Source: Octopus vulgaris
Taxonomy: Eukaryota
DNA length: 64,000 nt
Assembly (NCBI GenBank): GCA_951406725.2
Contig: OX597838.1
Coordinates: 42,718,001-42,782,000 of the forward strand
Reading direction: 5' to 3'
Position 1 is the first letter of the stretch. Every line of letters begins with the position of its first letter. The position numbers and the translations under genes are program-made. Below are positions 27,186 to 41,400 of the stretch, in pieces. The notes below the pieces were generated by a model. The model saw only the letters and a program-made list of their open reading frames with translations. It ran no database searches and was not told the origin of the DNA.

Positions 27186-28559
27186 TATAGGGTGGAGGAC
27201 ATCAAAAAAGCATGAGCAAAATGAGAAACAGTAACATAAAAAACAAAAACAAAGGAAGCGAACTTTTTTTCGAACACCAAAAGAAACAAATAGAGAAACG
27301 AAACAGGCAACATAAAGAACATTCCCTTCATCAGTTGTCCCCTGTTTTATCTACTCCGCGTTTTGAAGGTAAGGATATATGTATATTATTCACTTAGAGG
27401 TGAATCTTGATGTTCTGGTGATCTAATGAGCTGGCTTTCTTTATCGGCATTAATTTGTGAATATACAATTGTATTGTATAATGCATAGCATGCTTATTAG
27501 AGCAGACACGTAAACATCATTTATTGTACACCTGAAATCATTATTACATAAAGAAGATAATGAAACGACTGTAACCCAAGGGATGACAGGTAGTCGAATA
27601 AATATATTCCCCTCTCAAGGCAGATATTCTATGACTAGATGCCCTTCTTATTTCCATTCTTCACTTGTTTCTAAGCAAGATGATAATTTTCCCACTGCCA
27701 GACATGTTTGCAGATATTGGAAACGAAGAACACAGCTTGGATGACAGTGACACTCATTTACAACTATCAGCTATTGTCAAAACAAAGAGACACACACAAA
27801 CACACACACATACGTCTATGTCAGGCTTCCATACAGTTTCCATCTGCCAAATCCACTTACAAGTAATTGGTCAGCCTGGGGCTATAGCAGAAGTCATTTG
27901 CCCTAGATATTATGTAGTGGGACTGAATCCGGAACCACATGGAAGGGGTGCAAACCTCTGACCCCACAATCTTGCTCCAATATACAAAGATATACACATG
28001 CTGGAATGATTTTGATAGTGACTTCAAAGTTTAGGCAATGCTCCAGCATGGCTGCAGTCTAATGACTGAAGCAAGTAAATGGAGACAAAAGAAAGCTTAA
28101 CGCCAACCGCTTTGCAGTGTGTTGCAGGTGCTCTGTTCGTGCCACTGGCACCAGTGCCATCATTATGCGGCTCACAAGAGTACAAAACCCAAGAGAGGGA
28201 GAGAGAGAGAGAGAGAGTGTGTGTGTGTGTGTGTAATTGGCTTTAAGCTAGAGAACAGGTTAGAGTAGGAGGGAGGAGGTTGGGGGAAGAGCAGGTTGTT
28301 GTTGTTGTAGAGAAGCTTCATGGAAATACGCATTTAGAAAGAGAGGGTGAGAAAGATCGACAGGAGATGCAGAGAGATTAAATATATATATAAGGTGGTG
28401 TTGAGGTGTCCAGGAGGATCCTCAAGGCAGGAGTAGAAGTGAGTAGAGGGAAGAGGAGTGTGTATGGGTGGGAGTTTACATGTAGTATATGAGGAGGGAG
28501 GGACAAGAGATGGGGAAATGGAATAAAAGAGGAAACTGTGCTCAACAATAAAAACACAG

Positions 28560-28606
<47 letters not shown>

Positions 28607-31055
28607 TTATGTATTTGTTTTGTAAGATTACTGATGTGAAATCGTGTGTTGAAACGTATTTTGGGGAGGTCGTTTTTTTTCTTTTGTCAAATAGATACAC
28701 GCACTGTATATTCTTTCTTCCCTCGTTCATTATTGTTCTTATTTTATTATGTCCAGACAATGGACATAGGATAAAATAAAAGCAACAATTAAAGAGTGAA
28801 GAACGAATATACAGTGCATGTATTTATTTGGCAAAAGTAAAAAAGAAAAAAAATGACTATCCCAAAATATAACAATATATATAAAAACACAGATTATACA
28901 CATATATATATATATATATAAATGTATCATATGCTAATATCGAACAGAATGAGTGCTTAACATTTCCAGGTGGCATGCTTGAACAATTGTAAAGATATCT
29001 TCACATGAAACCATTGGTTGCCTTGTTAACCTACAAATAAAATATTCATGTGAGTGTGTGTGTGTGTATATATATATATCATGGATACTGGTGTCCTCTC
29101 GTCTTGCTGATTTCCCTCTTTCAGCCTTCTTCCGGTGTCTCACGTTGAACTCGGTCGTCTTATCAGAACTTCAAACCTACCCTTCTATTTGCTCCCAAGA
29201 AGATACATTGATCTCGTTCTGCTCTCTGTATTTCATGAAATTTTTTGCTAGGGGCATAGTGTAATGGATAAAGACATTGGTTAATACAGTGTAGTCACAA
29301 ACAGGTGCTGAGTTCAATCCCAGGCAAGGCACCAAGGTAATTCACAAAAAAAAAGAAAAAGAAGAAAAATCAAATCAAGTAAAAAAATGTCACAAAACAC
29401 AAACAGCAGAATGAAAAGGGGATAGCCCCGAGAATCAAATAAAGGGTCAGATTCGAAATACTGATACAAGAACAAAGTTCAACACAAGACACCTGAAGAA
29501 CGCTGAAGACATAGTGAAATCCTCAATGAAAATGAGGAGGACACCAGTCAAAGTAAACAGGAGACATCATCATTTAATGTCTGCTTTCCATGCTGGCATG
29601 GGTTGGCCGGTTTGACAGGAGCTGGCCAGGCAGAGGACTGCACTAGACGTCTGTGTCTGTTTTGGCATGGTTTTTGCAGCTGGAGGCCCTTCCTAACACC
29701 AGCCACCCAACAGAGTGGGCTAAAAATTGCCAACAGACTCCAGAGGGATGGTAGCAATCTTTAGTCCACTCTGCAGGGAGGTTGGCGTGTTAGGAGACAA
29801 TATAAATCCCACATTTCACAAATATAGAATTGTATGTATGTATGTGTGTATCTTTATATGTATGTGTGTGAATGCATCAAATCACCATGAGACAGACAGA
29901 ATTCAATGAGGCAGATTTTTTTACAGCCGGGATGCCCTTCCTGTCACCAACACTTACCTGTTTCCAGGCCAGACATTTTACATGATATGACAGAAATTCT
30001 CATTTGCTACTTATTGTGCCATGCCAAGAGGAGACGCTAACACCCACCCAAACACACATATATACACATACATGCACATTATATATACACACAACACACA
30101 CGCAAAACAGGCTTTTGGTTGATCAAGAACTAAAGGCCCTTGCTCAAGGTTCTGCACTGTGGGACTGAACCGCAAACTTCTTAATCACATCCTTGAGTTT
30201 CAAAAATTCTTCTTTTACAAAAGTCTCTTACTCATAAACTGGATGTGATGTTTTCAAACCCAAGTTACACCCTTTCCATTTAGCCATTGGTAGTGACTCC
30301 CACAACAGGAAACCATTCAGTAACTTGAATTGGCTGCTATGAAATTAGATTAACAAATTTATAATACTATATTATATATATACATCAGGGCTTACAGATA
30401 TACATATTGACCCACCCACACACACATATAATGTTTTTTTATCCATACAAATGTGTATAAATATACACACGAGTGTGTGTGTGTGAGTTCCGAAAACGCT
30501 GCAATCAACTCTAACCATCGATCTCCAATCCCTCACAGCCGGGAGGGACGAAAGACACCAACAGTTTGATCTGATCGTATTGAAAGAACCTTGGAGTTTC
30601 GCGTACGGCACGTGGTCTAACATCGTCACGATGTAGTAGCAGCAGCAGATTGCATACACACACATTACATGCATGTACTCAGGCATATATTTCAAACACA
30701 CACACACATACATTACATGCATTGACACATTCATTTATGGCATCAACACGTACACAGATACCTATATACATTACAGACATACACATACTACATACATTCA
30801 CACATTATTTATATCACACACACACACAAGTTGTAAGGCATAAACGATATCCAAATATTTGCTGTTTATTAAATTAAACATGGAATCTCATGGATTTAAT
30901 TAACATTTTTGTAATTTATTACGAATCATCTTTTTTTTTTATATATTTAATAATAATAATAATAATAATTACTATTATTATTAATAATATAGCTTTTAGT
31001 GTGGGCAGCCACTGACCGTTGGACCCGCTTTGCCAACCCAGGTCCCTAATCATGG

Positions 31056-31111
<56 letters not shown>

Positions 31112-32488
31112 AAAATGTGTGTGTTTATACTAGACTAATACGGATGTGTTGTGTATATATTGCTTACGCAGTCAAAATGTATACAAGACTCAATAAATAT
31201 ATCTACGTTATATAAAGTAACGATGCGGCTCAGTGGTGTATACAGAGTAGTGTGTGTGTGTGTGTGTGTGTGCTGCGTGTTAGATTGTACATTCAGCGTA
31301 TATATTAATGAAAATGCTCGTGTTTTTCCGTGTGCTGTGGTGGTCGATGATGGTATATTTTGAAATGATGAAAGATAGTGGTGTGTGTGTATATGTATGT
31401 ATCTATACATGTTACGTGTGTATATAGATGGTGGGCGGTGTAAACATACATATGCGCCAACGTATATATGTATGTGTGTATATGTATATACATGTTCAAC
31501 CGTGAATGTGAGTAAATATATATATCCATGTATATGGTGGTAGCACGGTAGCATCACCATCACTCTACGCCAGACCGGAACTAGTGAATCTACTATAAAA
31601 GGCGTTCCAAGCGTGATCATCCAATTTTCTTGTCTATGACAGTTCTAATGTGTCCTTCCTTTTAAAAAAAAAACTAAAACAACACGGAATTTGGCTGTCA
31701 TATCTAGCGTGCTGATTGACTACGAAGTCTGGTTCGTGATGTCAATTTCAGGCAGGGCCCTCATGATGCCTTTAAGCCGGACCCTAAACAAAAGCGCGCA
31801 CGCACACACTTTACAATTAACCCTCTAATTAATTAGGAGGAAATATAAGGAAAAAGCTTTAAATATCATTCGATAGTGGGGAACCCTTTATTGGGAGTAT
31901 GATGGATAAAAGGCGAGTTAAACGAACCCCGGAAATGTTGGGGTTTTAAATGAATGAACCCTTAAAAGGTTTTTACTCGCCGAAGCTGAGGCGATCGGGG
32001 AAAAGAACACGTTTTAAAAGTACAGTTTGCTCAATTGGAAATTTCTTATTATTGATAAATATCGATAAACTGCCTGATTCAATGTCGAGAGGAAAAATAA
32101 TAATAATAATAATAATATTTTTATGGGAATTGGTTTTTTTCTCTCTTTTTTTTTTTTAAATTAATTCCCGTCGCCCCCCGTTTTGTTTAGTTTTTTCTTC
32201 TTTCTTTTATTTTGAAATATTTTCTGTAAAGCAGAGATTCTACATCTCAGGATTATACACCTCCATTAACAGTTGTCAATTTATATACACCAACAAAATA
32301 CATTTTTTTTTTTTTCGAATACGAGAGAAAGAGGAATATTTACAACATCTGCAAATCAAATCAAATTTGTCTAAAAAAAAGTCTCCTGGTTGCTTTTATT
32401 ATTATTTTTTTTTATGTTTTCAAATTGAAACTTCAAGTTTGCGTGTGTGTGTGTGTGTATATGCGTGTGTTCATATGCATGCCTGTTA

Positions 32489-32524
<36 letters not shown>

Positions 32525-32728
32525 CTGTATATAGATAGATAGATATTATACAGATACATTATACATACAGACATACACATAAAATACAAAGATGTGTAGA
32601 TATATAAATTATATAAGTGGAAGGGGTGTATGTGTGTGTGTATATATATATATATATACGCACACATTTTGGTTGTGTGTGCCAATGCATGTGTGTGTGT
32701 GTGTAGAACATAAACAAAAATGACAAAC

Positions 32729-33836
32729 CTGTAGTTGGTGTGGGTGAGACTGGCGCACGTGACTGTGAAGGGCAACAGGCCCCTGGCTGAGAGGAGGGGC
32801 CGTTGTCAGGGAGTAGTACCGTTGTTGTAGGAGCCATCCCTAAGACGGGTGACGGGGAAGTTGTCGACCCGACACAGCTTGGGGGGCCCGGCGGCGATGG
32901 CGTGGTGGAAGATGTACAAGACGACGACGACGAAGTCGACGATGAGAGAGAGATGCTGCTGAAGTTGTTGTTGTTGTTGTTGTTGCTGCTGCTGTTAATG
33001 CCGGTGGTGATGGAGTTAGTGGTTGTGGTGGTAGCGGTAATAGCAGCACCGTTGTAACTACTGGTGGCGGCGGCGGTGGTGGTGGTGCTGTGGTTGGATG
33101 AAGAAGAAGAGATGAGTGGAGAAGAGTCGATCTGCTGCTGCTGCTGCTGTTGGAGATGATGCTGATGATGATGATGGTGATGATGTGGATGATGGTGATG
33201 GTGATGATGACGATGATGATGTTGGTGTGTAGCAGTAGTCGATACTACAGAAGGAGAAACGGAATGAGGAGCAGTCGACGATGAACACCGCAGTGGGAGG
33301 GAGCAGTGAGTTGGAGGACGAACGGCGGCGGAGGTGGTACCAGTAGTAGTACTAGTAGTAGTACTAGTAGTAGTACCACCACTACCATCACCACCTTCAT
33401 TACTAGCAGTAGTAATAATAGCAGTACTAGTTATACTAACAGCAGTGGTGGGCATTGTCGGGTTCTCACTGTCTAAACCGTTGATACCATTAGCAACGGG
33501 GTTCGAACCCGCCTTACAAGGTATGGCAAGAGTGGATCCAGTGACGATGTCAGTGGCCACTGTTGGCTCTCCAAGTATCTGCTGCTGCTGTTCATTTTCT
33601 TCGTAATGGTGATTACCATTATTACTGTTATTATTGTTATTAACATTAATATTGTTGTTGTTGTTGTGTTGTGTTGATAGTGATGGTGATGGTGATGTTG
33701 CGGTGTCGATGGTAAAACGCTGACCAAGCCCCCTGCACTCTTCTTGTGTTCCATACCCGTATCCAGAGAAGTTGTAAGCCGGCTGTCCGTCCGTCAGCAG
33801 TTTAACTGCAACGATAGCAAAAAAGATAGCAACCAT
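32729..33836 (-). CDS. E78: Probable E78 A/B (AF-1) domain exon, low complexity (poly-N, -Q, -H, -T, -S); 5' boundary uncertain (ATG at 33836 or splice acceptor at 33805)
   Basis: Part of the 425-aa ORF 32559-33836, the only long non-microsatellite ORF. Donor ACAG|gtttgt at 32729 ends in phase 1, matching the phase-1 DBD exon (PTPTT-E-ESNVL...). The ORF tail past the donor is translated (CA)/(TA) repeat. Confidence 0.72.
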
Positions 33837-35559
33837 GGAAGATAAACAATTGGCAACTTGTGAATGACAAAAACAACGATAGCAACAATGACAATATCAA
33901 CAACACACACACAATGACCACACTACACCCTCCCACATACATTGAAAACAATAGCAACAGCGGCCTTCGATGTAAAAAGAAAAAATGGTCAGAACATCGA
34001 TAGCAACATTGAACATCATAGCTGTTGCTAAAAAGAGCTGTCATCTGCAATTGCAACATTAACTATAAACCGTGAAAATAGCGTTTGGAGCTCGTACTCG
34101 CAACAATGGCTGTAGCTGAGTTTAGCAAAAATTTGTGGAGAACCACGTTAACATTAATCGTATTACATGAGTGTTTCATGGCTGAAGAAGTGACATCTCC
34201 ATATATTCCCCACTGATGGGAATAGAGATAAGAGAGACGGAGCCAACAAGGGGGGGGGGTTCTCTACGATGTTATTAAATACCAGCCACGGCTCCCTCGA
34301 GTTACAACCATCTTATTTGACGATGATAGATCGAATTAATGTAAGGCCGTTGAAAGATAATTGTTGTAAAAAGTCTGAATTGTCAAGGCTTGGAAGAAGA
34401 AATGTCTTTCATTGATCATAAGGCTGTACATGCTGAACCGACCTGGGGTTAAACAACAACAACAGAAATAAGACCGGAGATGACAAGGGATGGAAATTTA
34501 TGTTGTTAAATGTGAAGATTTAAAAAAAAAAGAACAACAGAAGCAGAAAGAACAACAAAATAAAAACTGGGAAAAACAAAAGATGAAAATAACATTGGAG
34601 ATGACTATATTTTAAAATGATTTCATTCAATTTTAATTTCTTCTTTCAGGAGTTTTTTTTTTTATGGTGGGGAGGACCCGAAGGGAAGACAGCTCCCCAC
34701 CCACAGAATTTTGTTTGAGAAGTGAGTGAAATATTGACAACAAAACGGCTCCATCTAAAGGCATACAATACACACACACATGTATGTGTATGTGTGCACA
34801 CGCATATATATGTATGCATGTATATATGTGTGTGTGTGTGTGTGTTGGCACAATCCCCTGACTTGTCAACTCTTGTCAAGCCATCTAACCCATGCCAGCA
34901 TGGAAAATGGACGTTAAATATATATATATATATATTTATAACTGTTTTGGCATGGTTTCCACAGCTCTATGTCCTTCCTAATGTGAACCACTTTACAGAG
35001 TGTAGTGGGTGTCTTTTTACACGGCATATATATATATATGTGTGTGTGTATAAATATATTGTTGTTGGCATCCTTTTTGTCTCAGGAGAAAATGGAGTTG
35101 TGCATAAAATAGTCTAGTCCAGCTTTTACATATCATATATATACATATATATATATCCAAACCATATGGAAGTTGGATGTTAAGGACTGATGATGATGAT
35201 ATATATAGTTCAAATGAGGATATACAATCTAGAGTATGATGTAATGGTGACTGGCTGACAAAGGCCCATGGCCTAGAGTCGTGGGTTCAATTTCTGAACC
35301 AGGAGGCCCATAATGTCCTTGAGCAAGATACTTCATTTCACACAGCTCCTGTCTACTAACTCAGCTGGAAATGAATAACAGCCAAGTGTCAGGTGTGGCC
35401 GTCTCCTCTTCCATTTATCACATCCTGGATGGGCCACTGGGTCATAAGTTGGCAGAGTCAAGAGGGTGTCTGAGTCTGCTCGTGATTACACAGGCACCTG
35501 GCACAATTAGTGAAAGCATGTTACCAAGCCAGACTCATTTGCAGACGACAGCTGGCTGT

Positions 35560-36720
35560 AATGCAGTGTGATGGTTTGGTTACAGTTTGTGAGGGAGAGT
35601 GCAGCATGCCAGACACGGGATAATTGAGGGAATGTCTACAGCAGTAATATCTGGACCAAATCAATTGAAGAAAAATTTATATTTATAGAGGGAAGACTAT
35701 GAAGAGCCACTGGAAGGATGCTTGAGGGTCGCTGACAGCCATGGGAACTGTGGTTAAGAGCCCCTAGTCTCAGGTGACAATCTTTTTAGTTGCTGGGGTC
35801 TAGAGGAAGAGGCAGCACACATGGTGTTTACTGGCCCTCCTAGAGCAGTGAGATTGATACCATTAAGGGTCTTCTGGGACCATTGCCAGTTCAACATCTG
35901 TAGGAAAGAGACAAACAGGGAGAGAGTTTTGGAGGGATGACATCCTAGGGACAAAGGAATGGACTTAGTGGTTAGTTCAGAGCCTGGAATGGGTAGGGAG
36001 GATCAGTCAGACACAGTAAGGATAGTGAGAGAGGGGACAAGTTGGATAGGAATGCTTGAGTGTGGGGATGGGGTGGAGATGAGTTTGGCCAACTCTAATG
36101 AGTATAGTAGTGGTAGAAGAGGCCAAGAAAGGGGGGACAGCATAGGGAGCAAATATGTTTGTGACTTTGCAGCAGAACTGTACAACATGTGGGAGAAATA
36201 CTGTTGTGGGCCCCAACTGAGCCTTGCAGAGAATTGGTTACTTTTGGAACCTGAAGTGATAATTGGCAGGACCAAAGGGGCTCATCTTTCTTGGGAATGG
36301 GCCAGACTGTAGCATGTCTCTAAACATCAGGGCAGATCCTTACAGAGACGGACAAATTGAAGAATTTTGATGAGTACAGGGGTGAAGTGTTTGAAGGTAA
36401 AAGAAGGCCATCATTCGGGTCAGTGACGTTGTTGGTCTGAATCTGGTCATCTTGTGTTGGTGGACAGGTGGGAGCATAACGTAAGGTGTAGGAGTCTGGA
36501 CAAGCTAACCATATTGTGTGAAACTGTGGAGTCTAAGAGTTTGGTGATATGGAACTCAAACATTTATTAAAGCAAACACAGTATTTGGTGGCTGAGAAAA
36601 ATCTAGAAAGGATTGTCAGACAGCGTCGTGGTTCCAGCAGACAAAATGGAAAAGGTGATATTGCGTGGGATTGTGCAGGATGAAAGGCTGGCTGGGTTGT
36701 GCTTTGGTCAGTAAAATGGT
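35560..36720 (-). mobile_element. Old LINE (CR1/L2/Jockey group) RT fragment
   Basis: Degenerate PVL.K.FNLS...ICPDV*RHATV.P..K motif of the pre-RT region. No intact frame. Confidence 0.45.
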
Positions 36721-37402
36721 TTAGGCAGAGAATCTAGAGATTGATTTTCACACAAGACACAAACAGTGCAGTTCTAATGCAATGGAATGCAATATTTGGG
36801 ACATTTAGTCAATGTCTGTCAGTTGAAGAGGAATGTTAGTGAGTGAGTGTCAACACACTGGACCGATTGCAATGTTCCCAGAATGGCAGTCAATACGGCT
36901 CCGGAATATTAGTTGAAAATATGCTTCCTTTTCTTCTTTTTTTTTGTCCAAAAACCTTTGGAGATATTATGGGGTACATACAGAGAGCATATTCAATGCT
37001 ACATTACTTCCTCAGTTCCTGTAGCTATGAGGAAACAGTAGAAAATCATCTGATAATGTTATCAGAGACAGACTGGTACCACATTCAACTAACACCAAAA
37101 AAAAAATCACAGAGTCTTGTCTGGATCCACAATCTGCCCAACAAACCATAAACACAGAGCGCTATGTGGATGGATGCAGACCACCCAGATGATGCCAAAG
37201 GGTAAAGTATGGTGCTTCAGAACTCTGCAACCCAGGCCCCCACAAACACCCAAACACATCCACATCCCAGGACACAACAACATCCTAAAAATTCTACTTC
37301 ATCTACTTGGTCTAGATACGCAGAAAAAGAAAACATACACACACTAAAATAACTGCAACATTAAGGGCTTCGCTGGCCCTAAATATTAGGCTGGAATATT
37401 AT

Positions 37403-38207
37403 CATCATTTATCGTCCGCTTTCCATGTTGGCATGGGTTGGACAGTTTGATTGAGGACTGGCGAGCCAGATGGTTGCACCAGGTTCCAATCTGATCTGGC
37501 AGAGTTTCTACAGCTGGATGCCCTTCCTAATGCCAACCACTCCGAGAGGGTAGTGGGTGCTTTTACGTGCCACCGACACGAGGGCCAGTCTGGCAACAAC
37601 CACACTCAAATGGTATTTTTTATGTGCCAGTAAGAACGACGCTGGTAACGATCACCCGAATGGTGCCTTTTATGTGCCACCGGCATGGGAGCCAGTCAGC
37701 AGCCCTGGCAACGATCACGTGCGGATGGTACTTTTAATGTTCCACTGGCACAGGTGCCAGTCAGGCGGTGCTGTCATTGGCCACGTCAGTGAATTTGATT
37801 TCACTTGCCTCAACAGGTCTTCACAAGCAATGCATAAGTAAGCTGGTTACACCCCTGGCATAGGCCATGAGGTTATGGTCTCATTTGGCTTGCCGAGTCT
37901 TCTCAAGCACAGCATATTTCCAAAGGTCTCGGTCACTAGTCATTGCCTCAGTGAGGCCCAATGTTCGAAGATCGTGCTTCACCACCTCATTCCAGGTCTT
38001 CCTGGGTCTACCTCTTCCACAGGTTCCCTTAACTGCTAGGGTGTGACACTTTTTCTCAAAGCTGTCCTCATCCACTTGCACCACATGTCCACACCAGCAG
38101 TCATCTCTCTTGCACACCACATCTGATGCTTCTTAGGTCCAACTTTTCTCTCAAGGCGCTTACACTCTGTCATGTATGCACACTGACATTACACATCCAG
38201 CAGAGCT
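37403..38207 (-). mobile_element. RTE-clade LINE 3' fragment (ORF C-terminus + 3' UTR + (GAT)n tail)
   Basis: ORF 37881-38120 W.GHV..VDEDS..KKC.TLAV.GTCGRGRPRKTWNEVVKHDLRTLGL is a typical RTE C-terminus. The 3' UTR carries gagtggttggcattaggaagggcatccagctgtagaaa and ends in GAT repeats. Confidence 0.85.
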
Positions 38208-38449
38208 GGCCGAATCTCCAGGAACACAAGAAAAGATTTCACAGCAGAGTCCTTGGCTGTGCAAAAACATAACTAGTAAGATGAATTTGTGATCAGCACC
38301 TCACATCCTTCATATTATAGAAATGCTTACTCGGGGTTGACTTGAAGAGCTACCCAACAACAACAGCTGTTATTTATGGATGTCCTGTAGTTTTAGGTGG
38401 ACGTAGCATGTTACAATCTATATTGCTTAATAGCAGAATAGAAGTTTCT

Positions 38450-41400
38450 GTCCATAACACTCAAACTGAATCCAGTTCACTCCATGTATTCTAACGAGAA
38501 GTAGAAAATGTCTCACAAACAAGAGACACTGGTAACCGTGCGGACAGTTTCAGATTTGTGGAAAAACAAATTCTTCATTTTCTACTTGAAGTTAATATAA
38601 ACCATGTCTGCCTGAAAGGAGAATTCTCAGGATGCACCAATATTTCAAGCAGTGGTTAGTTTAAGAGTTTTCCTACTTGTGAGTCAAAAGTTCCTGGCCT
38701 CTGGCTCAAACAGGTGGAAGAGCAGTTATATTTATTTCACATCTTGTCTGAATGTCTGTGCTTTGATATTCCAAGAGATCTGCTCAGTACCCAACCAATA
38801 TTGATTGACAGCAACACACACCAGAAGAGTTTATCAAACACACTTCAACATCTCACCAGAAGTGGTTATTCTAGTGACTGCAAGATGTCAGGAGGTGGGC
38901 CAAATTACTAAATTTCTTAGACGATGTATCTATGGAACAGAAAGTGGCAACAGACAATATGGAATGTGGAATTGGATAAATCTGACAAAATTGGAGACAG
39001 GGCAAGATGAGGGTAAAGTGTTTACTCAGAATTTGGAGAGAAATATGACTAAGGACAATGGTAAGACCAACAGCTGATAGCTGTTAGCAGACCAGGTGAA
39101 AGTGTTTGCAACTCATCAAAAACACCAGAGGAACCTCCTTGCTTACCTCTTCAAACTAGGGCTTGTAATAAACCCAGTTTCTCAGATCATTGGGGGTTTA
39201 CTGAAAACACCTACAAATAGTGCCAAGCCTTGTCTGAAATGCTCACTCACACACATGTTCTGACCGTTTTCAGGTTTTTTCACCTCTTTGTATGAGACCC
39301 ATGAAGTTTGTTTCAATAATAAAGTTTCTAAATTCCTTTTTAACAATCTTTCCCCACTGTCTCAGCCTCATCTTCAGGCTATGAAGTATTGGTGGCTTCT
39401 GCACTGCCTCTTTTACAGTCAACAAACATATAGGAAATATACACTCAATCTCGCACACACAGGGCTTCTTTCAGTTTCCATCTCTCAAATTTCACTCACA
39501 AAGTACTGGTGAACTTGTAGAAAATAGCAGCCAACAGCACCCTCATTGTGGGACTGAACCCCAGCCCACGTATATCCAAAGTGAACTATTTAACTACACA
39601 GCTGGAGAGGAGTTGGAGTGGTTGAGCTAGTGACCACCCTTAACTACCACAATATGGAATGGCTCACCAGTTCCACAGAAATTGGAAAGATGCTACACTG
39701 ATTTCACTGTAAAATGAGAAAAAGGTGCCAAGTGAAATTATGGTAACTTTCATGGTATTTCCTTTCTAGGAACTGTTTTTGGGAAATATTCACCCAATGT
39801 TTATTGGCTCAGCTGCAGATATACATGTACTGCTCCATCATTATTCTGGAGTCTGTGTGTGGATGTAAATCTAACAAAAAACATCAGAGAGCTGGTTTTT
39901 TAGCATCAGACAGTTTCAGGAGAAATGCGCAGAGCAGAGACCTTCACCACTTTTCAACAGGATTTTGGAGATCTGATAAAAGTGCCTGACCCTGGAGATA
40001 GTAATGCTGTGGGGAGAATCTTGGACAAGTTGGGGAATTCACCTGAGTTTGTCGACTTGCTGATTTAACTACCCACTACCTCAAGTGAAATGTTGTTACC
40101 ACTTCCAGTGGATAACGGGGTTAAACAAGGAGATAGCAATTTTGTTCATCATCAAGCACGACCTTCGAACTTTAGGTCTCACCGAAGCAATGACTAGTGA
40201 CCGAGACCTTTGGAAGTATGCTGTGCATGAGAAGACCCGGCAGGACAAGTGAGACCATAATGCGTGGCCACTACCAGGGATGTAGCCAGCCCACTTATGC
40301 ATACCTTTCCTTCTTGGGACACAAAACTGCTTGCGAAGACCTGTCGAGGCAGGTGAAATTGAAAACGAAATGCTCAAAAATCAATGGAAATTGCAGTTGT
40401 GATACCAGTGCCGGTGGCACATAAAAGAACCATCTGAATGTGGCCGTTGCCAGCGCCACCCCGACTGGCCTCTGTGCCAGTGGCACGTAAAAAGCACCAT
40501 CCGATCGTGGCTGTTGCCAGCCTCGTCTGGCACGTAAAAAGCACTCACTACACTCATGGAGTGGTTGGCTTTAGGAAGGGTATCCAGCTGTAGACACACT
40601 GCATGATCAGACTGGGTCTAGTGCAGCCTCCTAGCTTCCCAGACCCCAGTCAAACCGTCCAACCCATACTGGCATGGAAAGTGGACATTAAACGATGATG
40701 ATGATATTCTTTGCAATGGTAATTCTTCAAACATTTAAAAACAAGGCATTTTTGTCCACAATTCCACAACACATAAAACTGTTTAAGCTGAAGGGATTCA
40801 AAGCTAACTCAAAGAGTATAATTCTTGGTGAATTGTAGTATGCTGAAGATTGTGTTCTTGCGGCTCACTCAGATATTCAGAAAATAAGGAACCACACCTC
40901 TAAATGTCTGCACTGCTTTTGGATTACAATAATCCAGAAGAAGATTAAAATAAAGATTACACCTGCTCTAGGTGAAACATATGTGGAACCAAGATCCCAA
41001 TTTGATGTGGTGTATTCTTTTGTGTATTTTGGTAGATTTATCTCCAGGAATGGATCTGGAGATACCAAAATCAACTGGAATATTAAGAAGACTTTAATTG
41101 CATTTGAGATAATGGAGAAACAAGTCCAGTCAGACAAGGAACTGAAACTGTCCGAGTTTTGCCTTTATGATGCTTACGTCATCATATTCTTGCTATACTC
41201 TTCTGAGGCAGATACCCTGTACTGAAGACACATCAAAATACTTGAAAGGTTTTACCGAAAGTGTCTAAGACGTATATTAAACATCAGTTGGTCATTTTTT
41301 TACACCTGGCACAAAGTTCACCTAATCAAGTATCATATATGATGGGTTAGTCATGTGATCCATCTTTGTAATTTCAAACTTCCTAAATGATTACTTTATG

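Noticed and set aside
28934-29225. Two small exon-like pieces (..SSWEQIEG / LTRQPMVSCEDIFTIVQACHLE)
   Set aside because: Weak acceptor, phase incompatible with the E78 exons, no recognisable family.
29250-29340. tRNA-like sequence ending in CCA
   Set aside because: No proper cloverleaf; more likely a SINE head.
32559-32728. C-terminal 56 aa of the 425-aa ORF
   Set aside because: Read-through past the splice donor into (CA)/(TA) microsatellite.
33786-33836. Signal peptide / secreted mucin interpretation of the 425-aa ORF
   Set aside because: The exon joins in phase to a nuclear-receptor DBD, and the hydrophobic stretch coincides with a polypyrimidine tract.
36843-37390. 102-aa and 76-aa plus-strand ORFs
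   Set aside because: Frameshifted with no splice support; possibly a LINE ORF1 remnant but not assignable.
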